This document shows positions 37,045 to 46,087 of a stretch of DNA of 64,000 nucleotides, piece by piece. The stretch's first letter is position 1, and each line of letters begins with the position of its first letter. This stretch comes from Oscillospiraceae bacterium (GTDB lineage: Bacteria; Bacillota; Clostridia; Oscillospirales; Oscillospiraceae): NCBI GenBank assembly GCA_015068135.1, contig SVLB01000002.1, positions 16,632-80,631 of the forward strand, in the 5' to 3' direction. Made by a program: the position numbers and the translations under genes. A model generated the notes under the pieces. The model worked only from the letters and a program-made list of their open reading frames with translations, made no database searches and had not been told where the DNA came from.

Positions 37045-37737
37045 ATGTTTACACCCCAACAGATCGATCAGATCTCCTTCGGTACCGCCAAGTTTGGCGG
37101 CTACAACAAAACCGACGTAGACGAGTTTCTGGAGCCTCTGACCGAGTATTACATCACTTTGTATAAAGAAAATGCCCTGCTGAAAAGCAAGATGAAGGTG
37201 TTGGTCAGCAAGCTGGAGGAGTATCGCAACAACGAAGCCAGTATGCGGGATGCCATCGTCAATGCCCAGAAGACCTGCGATATGATGGTTAAGGAAGCAG
37301 AGGCCAAATGCACCAAGATGCTCAGCGATGCCAATCAGGCTGCTGCTGAAAATGCCAAGAATGCGGACGCTTTGATTGCCGCTGAAAATGCCCGGGTGGA
37401 GGATGCCAAACGGGAAGCTGCCGCACGGATCGATGAGCTGGAGGAGCAGATCCGTTCCTGCATCCAGGCTTTGGAGCGGATCAAGGAAGCCAACCGCCCT
37501 GCTCCCACCGAGGAAGCTGCCCCTGCCGCCTTTGATTTCGATCAGGCCGAGAAGGGCAAGTCTGACAGCACCGATGCCGTGGCTGACGAGATCTCTGCAA
37601 GCCTGCAGGCACTCATGGGTCCCACCGATGAGCCCGCCCCCAAGGCCCCTGCACAGCATCCCCAGGTGGAGACCACCACCAGCAAGTTTGCCAACCTGAA
37701 GTTTGGCCCCAATTACGATCCCACGGAATCCAAATAA
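37045..37737 (+). CDS. divIVA: DivIVA domain protein
   Basis: MFTPQQIDQISF...GGYNKTDVDEFL, coiled coil; sepF-divIVA-ileS synteny. Confidence 0.9.
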   Translation: MFTPQQIDQISFGTAKFGGYNKTDVDEFLEPLTEYYITLYKENALLKSKMKVLVSKLEEYRNNEASMRDAIVNAQKTCDMMVKEAEAKCTKMLSDANQAAAENAKNADALIAAENARVEDAKREAAARIDELEEQIRSCIQALERIKEANRPAPTEEAAPAAFDFDQAEKGKSDSTDAVADEISASLQALMGPTDEPAPKAPAQHPQVETTTSKFANLKFGPNYDPTESK

Positions 37738-37744
37738 GCTACGC

Positions 37745-37981
37745 TATGACGAGGACAGGTATTTGCATTCCCTGCTTTCAGAGAGCTGTCGTTTGGTGCA
37801 AGACAGCAGTAAGGCTGCAAGTATATCCCCTCTGAGCAGTGCCCCGAACCCCTTTGGGCAGTAGGCCGCACCGGGTACGCCCGATACAGCGCCATCGAGT
37901 GCCGGTAATGCCGGAACAAGAGTGGTACCGCAGAGGTATTTTCGCCTTTGTCTCTTGAAAAAGGGACAAAGGCGTTTTTTA
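37745..37981 (+). ncRNA. T-box riboswitch (Ile specifier)
   Basis: AGAGAG and GGTGCAA stem I motifs, ATC specifier near 37826, T-box AGTGGTACCGC at 37921, terminator CGCCTTTGTC..GACAAAGGCG-TTTTT, upstream of ileS. Confidence 0.9.
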
Positions 37982-38009
37982 TTTGACTATACAACGGAGG
38001 TTATTTCCA

Positions 38010-40802
38010 ATGGAATACAAAAACACGATCATCACCCCGAAAACCGACTTCCCCATGAAGGCCGGTCTGCCCGCCCGGGAGCCCGGTATGCTGGAGCGTT
38101 GGAACAGCCAGGAGCTGTACGAAGCTATGCTGGAAAAGAACAAGGGTCTGCCCCCCTTCATTCTCCACGATGGCCCTCCCTTCTCCAACGGCTTCATCCA
38201 CATGGGTCATGCCCTGAACAAGACCCTGAAGGACTTCATCGTCCGCAGCCATGCCATGATGGGCTACTACACGCCCTATGTCCCCGGCTGGGATAACCAC
38301 GGTCTTCCCATTGAGCGTGCCATCGAAAAGTCCAAGAGCAAGCTGGGCAAGGATATGACTGTTCCTCAGTTCCGCAAGGCCTGTGAGGACTTTGCCGAGG
38401 ACTTTATTCAAAAGCAGATGGGCGGCTTCCGCCGTCTGGGCGTGGTGGGCGACTGGAAGCGTCCCTACCGCACCATGGACAAGCATTTCGAGGCCCAGGA
38501 GGTCAAGGTCTTTGGCCGGATGTTTGACAAGGGCTATATTTACAAGGGTCTGAAGCCCGTGACCTGGTGTCCTGCCTGTGCCACCGCTGTGGCTGAGGCG
38601 GATATCGAATACCAGGATGATCCCTGCACCTCCGTTTACGTGAAGTTTGCCCTTCAGGATGATATGGGCAAGCTGCAGGGCGTTGACCTTTCCAAGACCT
38701 ATTTCGTGATCTGGACCACCACCATTTGGACCCTTCCCGGCAACATGGCCATCTGCCTCCATCCCCGGGACAGCTATGTACTGGTCAAGCCCGACTACAG
38801 TGATGAGACCTTCATCGTAGCCGAAGCGCTGTGCGAGAAGGTCATGGGCATGGGCGGCTATACAAGCTATCAGATCCTTGCCAGCTACCCCGGTGCCTTC
38901 TTCGAGAACATGACTGCCAAGCATCCCTTCCTGGACAAGACCAGCCGTGTGGTTTGGGCAGAGTACGTCACCATGGATTCCGGTACCGGCTGTGTCCACA
39001 CTGCCCCCGGCTTTGGTGCTGACGACTACCAGACCTGTATGCGCTATGGCATGGAGCTGGTGGTGCCTGTGGACGATTACGGCCGTCACACCGACTATGC
39101 CGGCAAGTACGCAGGTCTGAAGACCGAAGAGTCCAACCCCATCATTTTGGAGGATATGAAGGCAAGCGGTGCCCTGTTTGCCGCCGAGCAGATCGTTCAC
39201 TCCTACCCCCATCATGACCGCTGCAAGAAGCCCGTCATCTTCCGTGCCACACCCCAATGGTTCTGCTCTGTGGAATCCTTCAAGGATCAGGCTGTGAAGG
39301 CCATTGAAAATGTCCAGTGGTATCCTGCCTGGGGTGAAGACCGGATGATCAGCATGATCCGTGAGCGTGCCGACTGGTGTATCTCCCGTCAGCGCCGCTG
39401 GGGTCTGCCCATCCCCGTGTTCTACTGTACCGATTGCGGCAAGCCCGTTTCCACTCCTGCGTCCATCGAAAAGCTGTCCAAGCTTTTTGACGAGCATGGC
39501 TCCAACATTTGGTTCGAGAAAGAGGCTATGGAGCTGGTTCCCGAGGGCTTTACCTGCCCCCACTGCCAGGGCAAGACCTTTACCAAGGAGACCGACACCC
39601 TGGACTGCTGGTTTGACTCCGGCTCTACCCACTTTGCCTCCCTTATGAAGGACACTCCCGAGCTGTGGCCTGCAGATGTGTACCTGGAGGGTGCTGACCA
39701 GTACCGCGGTTGGTTCCAGTCCAGCCTCCTGACTTCTGTTGGCGCGCTGGATCAGGGCGCACCCTTTAAGCAGGTGCTGACCCACGGCTGGGTGGTGGAC
39801 GGCCAGGGCCGCGCCATGCACAAGAGCCTGGGCAACGGCGTTGACCCCGCTGACCTCATTAAGGACTTCGGCGCGGATATCGTCCGTCTGTGGGCGGCTT
39901 CTTCTGATTACCATGCAGATGTGCGCTGCTCCAAGGAGATCTTCAAGCAGATCGCCCAAAACTACCTGAAGTTCCGTAACACTGCCCGTTACTGCCTGGG
40001 CAATCTCTCCGACTTTGATCCCAACAACCTGGTTCCTGCTGACCAGCTGGAGGAGCTGGATCGCTGGGCGCTGACCAAGCTGGATAAGCTGACCAAGGCT
40101 GTGCAGAAGGCCTACCACAATTACGAGTTCCACGTGATCACCCACGCCATCAACGATTTCTGCGTGGTGGAGCTGTCCTCCTTCTACCTGGATATTCTGA
40201 AGGATCGTCTTTACTGTGAGGAGGCCACCGGTCTGCGCCGCCGCAGCGCTCAGACTGCCCTGTATCTGATCCTGGACGCCATGACCACCTTGTTTGCGCC
40301 CATCCTGGCCTTTACCTGCGATGAGATCTGGCAGTCCATGCCCCATAAGGACAGCGACGATGTGCGCAATGTTCTGCTCAACCGGATGCCCGAGGGCTTC
40401 GATGCCTACTGCCTGGACGAGTCCGCTATGGCCAAGTGGGAGACCGTCATGAAGCTGCGTCAGGACGTAAACGGCGTTCTGGAGCTGGCCCGTGCTGACA
40501 AGCGCATCGGTAAGGCCCTGGAGGCCAGAGTGAGCCTTGCCTGCCAGGATGCAGAGCTGAAGGCTGCAGTTGAGGGTCTGAACCTTGCTGAGATCTGCAT
40601 CGTTTCTGCCTGTGATTGGGAAACCGCTCCCGAAGGCTCTCTGGTCAAAGAGGGTACCAACTACCCGAACCTGACCATTGGTGTTTCCGAAGCCTTGGGC
40701 GAGAAGTGCCCCCGTTGCTGGATGCACTCCCAGGAAGCGGATGAGAACGGTCTGTGCAAGCGCTGCGCCGCAGTTGTAGCAAAGCTGGATGTAGAGATCT
40801 AA
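38010..40802 (+). CDS. ileS: Isoleucyl-tRNA synthetase (type 1)
   Basis: HDGPP...HMGH, DWCISRQR, AMHKS (KMSKS variant), C-terminal CPRCW zinc finger. Confidence 0.98.
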   Translation: MEYKNTIITPKTDFPMKAGLPAREPGMLERWNSQELYEAMLEKNKGLPPFILHDGPPFSNGFIHMGHALNKTLKDFIVRSHAMMGYYTPYVPGWDNHGLPIERAIEKSKSKLGKDMTVPQFRKACEDFAEDFIQKQMGGFRRLGVVGDWKRPYRTMDKHFEAQEVKVFGRMFDKGYIYKGLKPVTWCPACATAVAEADIEYQDDPCTSVYVKFALQDDMGKLQGVDLSKTYFVIWTTTIWTLPGNMAICLHPRDSYVLVKPDYSDETFIVAEALCEKVMGMGGYTSYQILASYPGAFFENMTAKHPFLDKTSRVVWAEYVTMDSGTGCVHTAPGFGADDYQTCMRYGMELVVPVDDYGRHTDYAGKYAGLKTEESNPIILEDMKASGALFAAEQIVHSYPHHDRCKKPVIFRATPQWFCSVESFKDQAVKAIENVQWYPAWGEDRMISMIRERADWCISRQRRWGLPIPVFYCTDCGKPVSTPASIEKLSKLFDEHGSNIWFEKEAMELVPEGFTCPHCQGKTFTKETDTLDCWFDSGSTHFASLMKDTPELWPADVYLEGADQYRGWFQSSLLTSVGALDQGAPFKQVLTHGWVVDGQGRAMHKSLGNGVDPADLIKDFGADIVRLWAASSDYHADVRCSKEIFKQIAQNYLKFRNTARYCLGNLSDFDPNNLVPADQLEELDRWALTKLDKLTKAVQKAYHNYEFHVITHAINDFCVVELSSFYLDILKDRLYCEEATGLRRRSAQTALYLILDAMTTLFAPILAFTCDEIWQSMPHKDSDDVRNVLLNRMPEGFDAYCLDESAMAKWETVMKLRQDVNGVLELARADKRIGKALEARVSLACQDAELKAAVEGLNLAEICIVSACDWETAPEGSLVKEGTNYPNLTIGVSEALGEKCPRCWMHSQEADENGLCKRCAAVVAKLDVEI

Positions 40803-40809
40803 CGTCATT

Positions 40810-40844
40810 ACAAGGCCTTCTCCAAAGGACGGAGAAGGCCTTGT
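40810..40844 (+). terminator. Hairpin after ileS
   Basis: ACAAGGCCTTCTCC / GGAGAAGGCCTTGT; no strong T tail. Confidence 0.5.
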
Positions 40845-40863
40845 CGATAGATAGGAGGATATT

Positions 40864-41811
40864 ATGAATCTGACTTTTGAACAGATATGCCAGGCTACCT
40901 TTGGGGCATCCAAAATTACCCAGGAAAATGGCATTATCCAATTTGCCCGATTATCTGACAAACAGATCGAAGCCTTCCGGCAAAGGGCCGAAGTATTGGG
41001 CGAACGGGCGCAAGCCACGACCGGCATACGTGTGGAATTTGATACAAACTCCAATACCCTCTTTGTGCAAAAGCGCGCCCAGGGTCGTTTGGAGATTTTG
41101 GTAGACGGTCTGCCCACCCTTTTATGCGAAAGCCCGAAAGACGAGAATCTGTTCCTACCCCTGCCCGAGGGCGAGCATCATATTACCATTCTTCTCCCCT
41201 GCCATACCCCCGGTGCCCTGGGGGTCGTTCGTCTGGACGAGAACGCTTCTTTCCGCCCCCACACCTTCCAGCGAAAGTTTTTGTTTCTGGGGGATTCCAT
41301 CACCCAGGGAGCATCCGCCCATCACGACAGCCTGAGCTTTACTAACCGGGTCGCCAGATTCTTTCACGCAGACCAGGTCAACTGGGGGGTTGGCGGTAGC
41401 CGCTTCTTCCCGGAGACCCTGGAAAAACCGGACTTCCTGCCGGATACCGTCTTCGTTGCCTTTGGCACAAATGATTATGCTGTATGGGATTCTATGCAGC
41501 TATTGGAGGAAAACTGCTGTGCCTATTTGGATGGCGTAAAAGCCCTTTTCCCCGACAGCAAGGTTTACTGCATCAGTCCTCTTTGGCGTGCGGACGGAAC
41601 TACCGTCCGAAAAACCGGGACCTTGGCCCAGGTCCGGGAGCGGATCATTGCCCAAATTGAAAATCACAGGTTTATCCACATTGACGGCTATCAGCTGTTT
41701 CCCCACAACCCGGAGTATCTCGATGACGGATTTCTGCATCCCAATGAGCTGGGGATGTCCCTTTATGCTGAACAGCTGATCCGGACCCTGATCCAGAGCC
41801 ATGGCTTTTGA
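40864..41811 (+). CDS. SGNH/GDSL hydrolase
   Basis: FLGDSITQG, GVGG, FGTND, DGFLHPN. Confidence 0.9.
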   Translation: MNLTFEQICQATFGASKITQENGIIQFARLSDKQIEAFRQRAEVLGERAQATTGIRVEFDTNSNTLFVQKRAQGRLEILVDGLPTLLCESPKDENLFLPLPEGEHHITILLPCHTPGALGVVRLDENASFRPHTFQRKFLFLGDSITQGASAHHDSLSFTNRVARFFHADQVNWGVGGSRFFPETLEKPDFLPDTVFVAFGTNDYAVWDSMQLLEENCCAYLDGVKALFPDSKVYCISPLWRADGTTVRKTGTLAQVRERIIAQIENHRFIHIDGYQLFPHNPEYLDDGFLHPNELGMSLYAEQLIRTLIQSHGF

Positions 41812-42592
41812 GTACAAGCTTCCCCCCTCCCTTCAGAAGCGTTTGGAAGGGTTGCAGGCACAAACGGACAGCATCGGCCGTTCTGCCGCAACCGTAACAG
41901 TCTTTGATGACTGTGTCCTGAAGGTCAGTCCCATTACCGCAGAAAACAGAAACGCGCTGCAAATGCTTTCCTGGCTGCAGGAGCGGTTGCCGGTGCCAAA
42001 GATCCTTTATCAGGAGGATCGGGATGGTATTAACTATCTTCTCATGTCCAGGGCATCCGGGCGCATGGCCTGTGATCCCCTTTTGATGGAGGATCCTTTA
42101 CAGCTGACCCGATCGTTAGCCGATGCCTTGCAGACCCTTTGGCGGGTGGATATAACCGGATGCCCCTGCCGTCAGTTTTTGGAGCATAAGCTTTCTTTGG
42201 CCACCAAATTTGTGGAGGCCGGGGAATGCGATATGGAAGATGCTGAGCCGGGTACCTATGGGCCGGGCGGCTTCCGGGACCCGGAACACTTGCTTTCCTG
42301 GCTTGTGGACAACAAGCCGGAGGAAACGCCGGTTTTGTCCCACGGAGATTTCTGCCTTCCCAATGTATTCTTCCGGGACGGCCAGGTCAGCGGCTATATT
42401 GACCTGGATCATTGCGGCATCGGTGATCCCTACCAGGACATTGCCCTATGTTACAGAAGCCTGAACCACAACTTCAACGGCAAATACGGACATTTTCCCG
42501 GATATGACCCAAAAATGCTCTTTCAGGCGCTGGGTATGGAGCCGGATATGGACCGGATCCGCTACTATATTCTTTTAGATGAATTGTTCTGA
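41801..42592 (+). CDS. APH(3') family aminoglycoside phosphotransferase homologue
   Basis: IGRSAATV, SHGDFCLPNV, GYIDL..CGIGDPYQDIALC, terminal YYILLDELF. Confidence 0.88.
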   Translation: MAFEYKLPPSLQKRLEGLQAQTDSIGRSAATVTVFDDCVLKVSPITAENRNALQMLSWLQERLPVPKILYQEDRDGINYLLMSRASGRMACDPLLMEDPLQLTRSLADALQTLWRVDITGCPCRQFLEHKLSLATKFVEAGECDMEDAEPGTYGPGGFRDPEHLLSWLVDNKPEETPVLSHGDFCLPNVFFRDGQVSGYIDLDHCGIGDPYQDIALCYRSLNHNFNGKYGHFPGYDPKMLFQALGMEPDMDRIRYYILLDELF

Positions 42593-42601
42593 AAATATAA
42601 A

Positions 42602-42676
42602 AAGCGAGTCGGAGGATCTTCAAAGGCATATTGCCTTTGGGGATCCTTCGACTCGCTTATGCTCGCTCAGGATGAC
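42602..42676. repeat. GTCA-type REP-like inverted repeat between convergent genes
   Basis: AAGCGAGTCGGAGGATC..GATCCTTCGACTCGCTT followed by GCTCAGGATGAC (GTCATCCTGAGC on the minus strand). Confidence 0.6.
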
Positions 42677-42688
42677 AGTATGTTTCTG

Positions 42689-42907
42689 CTATGCAGATTT
42701 AATGGTACGGATAGGTGCCAGGGTGGAAATGGCGTGCTTATAGATCATCTGCTGTTTGCCGTCAGTAACCAGCACCACCACAAAGGTGTCAAAGCCCGTG
42801 ATCACGCCCCGCAGCTGAAAGCCATTCATCAAAAACAGCGTAACCGGCACCTTTTCCTTTTGTACTTCCGTTAAAATTGCATCCTGCAAGGTGATCGTTT
42901 CGATCAT
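42689..42907 (-). CDS. hfq: RNA chaperone Hfq
   Basis: [28 protein letters not shown]; downstream of miaA. Confidence 0.96.
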   Translation of the reverse strand: MIETITLQDAILTEVQKEKVPVTLFLMNGFQLRGVITGFDTFVVVLVTDGKQQMIYKHAISTLAPIRTIKSA

Positions 42908-42955
42908 ATGTATACCCTCTTTCTTGAAATTTGGATATACATATTTTACCATCTG

Positions 42956-43891
42956 TCAATTGTCGGATTCCTCAAGAATCTGTCGTGCCTGGGAAAGAAT
43001 TTCCCCGGTGGTCACACCCGGTTTTCTGCGGAGCCAGTGCATATTGGGATTGCGCCGGAACCAGGTCAGCTGTCGCTTGGCATACTTCCGGGAAGATGCA
43101 CGAACCTGGTCTGCCGCTTCTTCGACGGTACACTTCCCCTCCAGGGCGTCCAAAAACTCCTTGTAGCCGATGGCCTGCATAGCCGTGGATTTGGCAGGGA
43201 TCCCCCTTGCCAGAAGGCTTTGGATCTCCTCTACCAAGCCCTGCTCCAGCATAATACCTACCCGTTCATCGATCCGCTTATACAGGTCTGCCCGGTCTTC
43301 ATCCTCCAGCCCGAACCACAGGGGGGTAAATCTCGGTGGGATCGCCTGGGTACGCAGATTGTGGGCGGTGATGGTCTGTCCGGTTTCGTAATAGACCTCC
43401 AGCGCCCGAATGATCCGTTTCCGGTCTGCCAAATGCAGTCTGGCGGCACTGTCCGGGTCAACCGCCCCAAGTTCCGTCAAAAGTATTTCCATTCCTTCCG
43501 CGTCTGCCCGGGCTTCCAGCTTTTCCCGGACTCCCGTAGCAGGAAAGGGGGCAAACGCATTGCCCTTAATAAGGCTATCCATATATAGACCCGTTCCGCC
43601 GGCAATAATGGCGGTCTTTCCCCGGGAAATAATATCCTCTACAATGGGCGTTGCCATTTCGCAATAGCGGCTGACGGAAAAATCCTCCCAGGGCTCTGCC
43701 ACATCCAGCATATGGTGCGCGATCCCCTGCCGCTCTGCCACAGTGGGCTTGGCAGTACCGATATCCATGTATTTATAGATCTGCATGGAATCGCAGGATA
43801 CCACCTCACCGTCCAGTTCCCTGGCAAGGGCTATGGACAGTGCGGTCTTTCCTGAGGCCGTAGGACCGGCGATACAAATGATTTTCTTCAC
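42956..43891 (-). CDS. miaA: tRNA dimethylallyltransferase
   Basis: GPTASGKT, DSMQIY..MDIGTAKP, YAKRQLTWFR. Confidence 0.97.
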   Translation of the reverse strand: MKKIICIAGPTASGKTALSIALARELDGEVVSCDSMQIYKYMDIGTAKPTVAERQGIAHHMLDVAEPWEDFSVSRYCEMATPIVEDIISRGKTAIIAGGTGLYMDSLIKGNAFAPFPATGVREKLEARADAEGMEILLTELGAVDPDSAARLHLADRKRIIRALEVYYETGQTITAHNLRTQAIPPRFTPLWFGLEDEDRADLYKRIDERVGIMLEQGLVEEIQSLLARGIPAKSTAMQAIGYKEFLDALEGKCTVEEAADQVRASSRKYAKRQLTWFRRNPNMHWLRRKPGVTTGEILSQARQILEESDN

Positions 43892-43902
43892 AGCTTCCTC
43901 CG

Positions 43903-44679
43903 TTACAGAATGCCGAAATGCTGTAAGGCCCGGCTGATGCCGTCCTGATCGATGGGTTCGGTCACATAGTCGGCAATGGCCTTGACCGTGTCATCCCCAT
44001 TCCCCATGGCAACACCGATCTTTACAAATTTCAGCATATCCATATCATTTTCTCCGTCACCAAAGGCCATGGTATTGGCCCTGTCAATGCCGTTTTCCTC
44101 TAAATAACGGCAGATCCCGGAAACCTTTCCGGCACAGCCCGGTACGATATCCACCGCCCAGGTATTCCAGTAGGTCACATGACAGCCGGGAAGCAGACGG
44201 GTCAGCAGCTCCTTCTGATCCGGGCTCACAAAGCCTACTGCCTGGTATACGGTGCCGCCTTCATAACATCCCACCTGGGGGATCCAGGCAGACATGGCGT
44301 TTTGAGCCTCCAAGACCCGCTCATCAATATAATTGATGTACATTCTGTCCTTTTCGATGAGCATGATGGGAAAGGGCTTTTCCTGAAACAGATCGACCAG
44401 GGCTTGCTTTTGTGCCCCTTCAATGGCATTGCCAAAGGTCAGCTCCTTGTTTGCATCATAGCAAAGCTGACCGTTTAAGGTAATATACCCGTCAAAAACA
44501 ATGTCCGCGACCGGCAGGGTGCTAAGCTCCGACAGATGGCGTCCGGTGGCCACCACCCGACGGATCCCACGGTGGGAAAGCTTCTGCAAAGCCTCTCTCG
44601 CTGAGGCGCAGACCTCGCCCTTTGCATGGCATACCAGGGTTTCATCCACATCAAAAAAGATCGCTTCAATCTCATTCAT
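43903..44679 (-). CDS. Cof-type HAD-IIB hydrolase
   Basis: FFDVDETL, ATGR, AFGDGENDMDM, VAMGN. Confidence 0.93.
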   Translation of the reverse strand: MNEIEAIFFDVDETLVCHAKGEVCASAREALQKLSHRGIRRVVATGRHLSELSTLPVADIVFDGYITLNGQLCYDANKELTFGNAIEGAQKQALVDLFQEKPFPIMLIEKDRMYINYIDERVLEAQNAMSAWIPQVGCYEGGTVYQAVGFVSPDQKELLTRLLPGCHVTYWNTWAVDIVPGCAGKVSGICRYLEENGIDRANTMAFGDGENDMDMLKFVKIGVAMGNGDDTVKAIADYVTEPIDQDGISRALQHFGIL

Positions 44680-44681
44680 AT

Positions 44682-45455
44682 TTACAAGATCCTCTGCAGC
44701 TGCCCCACGATCCGGGCAATGTCTCCGTTGACCTCCTGAGGGGCTGTGTACATATGATAAAAGAGGCGGTTGATGTTTTCCTCAAAATCCTCCGGCAAAT
44801 TCTCACAGCAGGCTTTGCACCGCTGGATCAGGCGCTTTTCCCCCGGATGGGTCTGCCCGTTCACCGCAAAGAGAATGTCGAAATACGACTCCATAAAGGC
44901 GGCGACCCGGTGATTCAGGCTCACCACATCCTGCCGCTTCAGGGCTTTGGCGATCTGCATCCGGTAGGCAGGCAACGCAGCATGCAGAAGCCTGTAATTC
45001 CTGGAAACAATGTTTTCCATAAGCTCCTCAGGGTACGCTACATCAAACCGGGCCTTTGCCTGGGAAAGCCTTCCCTCCCGGTCATAAAGAACCGTACAGT
45101 TTTTCAGGTTATGCCACATGCAGGTAGTATAGCCGTTTCTTGCCTGAAACTGTTCTACCACGGAAGCTACATCAGCGATCATAGCATCCAGATCCCGGTA
45201 GATAATATCGATATCGATGCCGTTTTTCAGGGTTGCGTTATCCTCCTGCTCCCAAAACCGGTTGTCGATCTCCAAAACAGCGCAGTAATTCTGCAGGATC
45301 CCGCGGCGGACCGCCACATCAATAGGCTCCGTACAGTACACATACACATCATAATCCGAGGCCGTATCCCCTTGCTGAGTAGCCCGGGAGCCACCCAGGG
45401 CAATGGCCTCCACCCCGTCCAGGGCGGCAAATTCCTTTATAAGCGCATCAAACAT
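44682..45455 (-). CDS. Pol-beta superfamily nucleotidyltransferase (DUF4037-like)
   Basis: ALGGSRA...SDYDVYV motif; HPGEKR. Confidence 0.8.
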   Translation of the reverse strand: MFDALIKEFAALDGVEAIALGGSRATQQGDTASDYDVYVYCTEPIDVAVRRGILQNYCAVLEIDNRFWEQEDNATLKNGIDIDIIYRDLDAMIADVASVVEQFQARNGYTTCMWHNLKNCTVLYDREGRLSQAKARFDVAYPEELMENIVSRNYRLLHAALPAYRMQIAKALKRQDVVSLNHRVAAFMESYFDILFAVNGQTHPGEKRLIQRCKACCENLPEDFEENINRLFYHMYTAPQEVNGDIARIVGQLQRIL

Positions 45456-46077
45456 AATTGATCTCCTTGCAATGAATGGCTAAGGGGCAGCTTTCACATT
45501 TGGGATTGCGGGCTGTGCAGGTATCTCTGCCGAACAGCACGATCCGGTGGCAAAAATCGCTGCTCTCCTCCGGGGGCAGGATCTTACGCAGCTGCCGCTC
45601 CACCTTTTCCGGGTCCTTGCCCTGGGAAAGCCCCAAGCGTCCACAGATCCGGATACAATGAGTATCGCACACCACACTTCCCGGCTCCGCGTACAGATCT
45701 CCCAACAAAAGATTGGCAGTTTTTCTCCCCACTCCGGGAAGCTTCAAAAGGGCTTCCATGGTATTGGGGACTTTCCCCCCATGATCTCGCAACAGGATCT
45801 GACAAGAGGAAACGATGTCTTTTGCCTTTTGCCGGTAAAAGCCGCAGGAATGCACATAGGCTTCCACGTCCGATACGTTCGCGGATGCAAAGCTTTCCAA
45901 GGTGGGATAGGCGGCAAACAGTGCCGGTGTCACCAAATTCACACGGGCATCGGTACACTGGGCACTCAGGCGCACCGCGATCATCAGCTCGTAATCCTTG
46001 CCATAATGCAGGGCACACAAGGCATCGGGATAGCGGTCCTTTAAAATATCCAGGATGGAACGTACTTTCTCTTTCAA
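45448..46077 (-). CDS. nth: Endonuclease III
   Basis: LSAQCTDARVN, LPGVGRKTAN helix-hairpin-helix, CTARNPKCESCPLAIHC 4Fe-4S motif. Confidence 0.96.
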   Translation of the reverse strand: MKEKVRSILDILKDRYPDALCALHYGKDYELMIAVRLSAQCTDARVNLVTPALFAAYPTLESFASANVSDVEAYVHSCGFYRQKAKDIVSSCQILLRDHGGKVPNTMEALLKLPGVGRKTANLLLGDLYAEPGSVVCDTHCIRICGRLGLSQGKDPEKVERQLRKILPPEESSDFCHRIVLFGRDTCTARNPKCESCPLAIHCKEINYV

Positions 46078-46087
46078 GGAATCTACC

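Noticed and set aside
38001-41117. 1038-aa minus-strand ORF, and similar long ORFs opposite argB-D, mutL and yebC
   Set aside because: Antisense shadows of highly codon-biased housekeeping genes.
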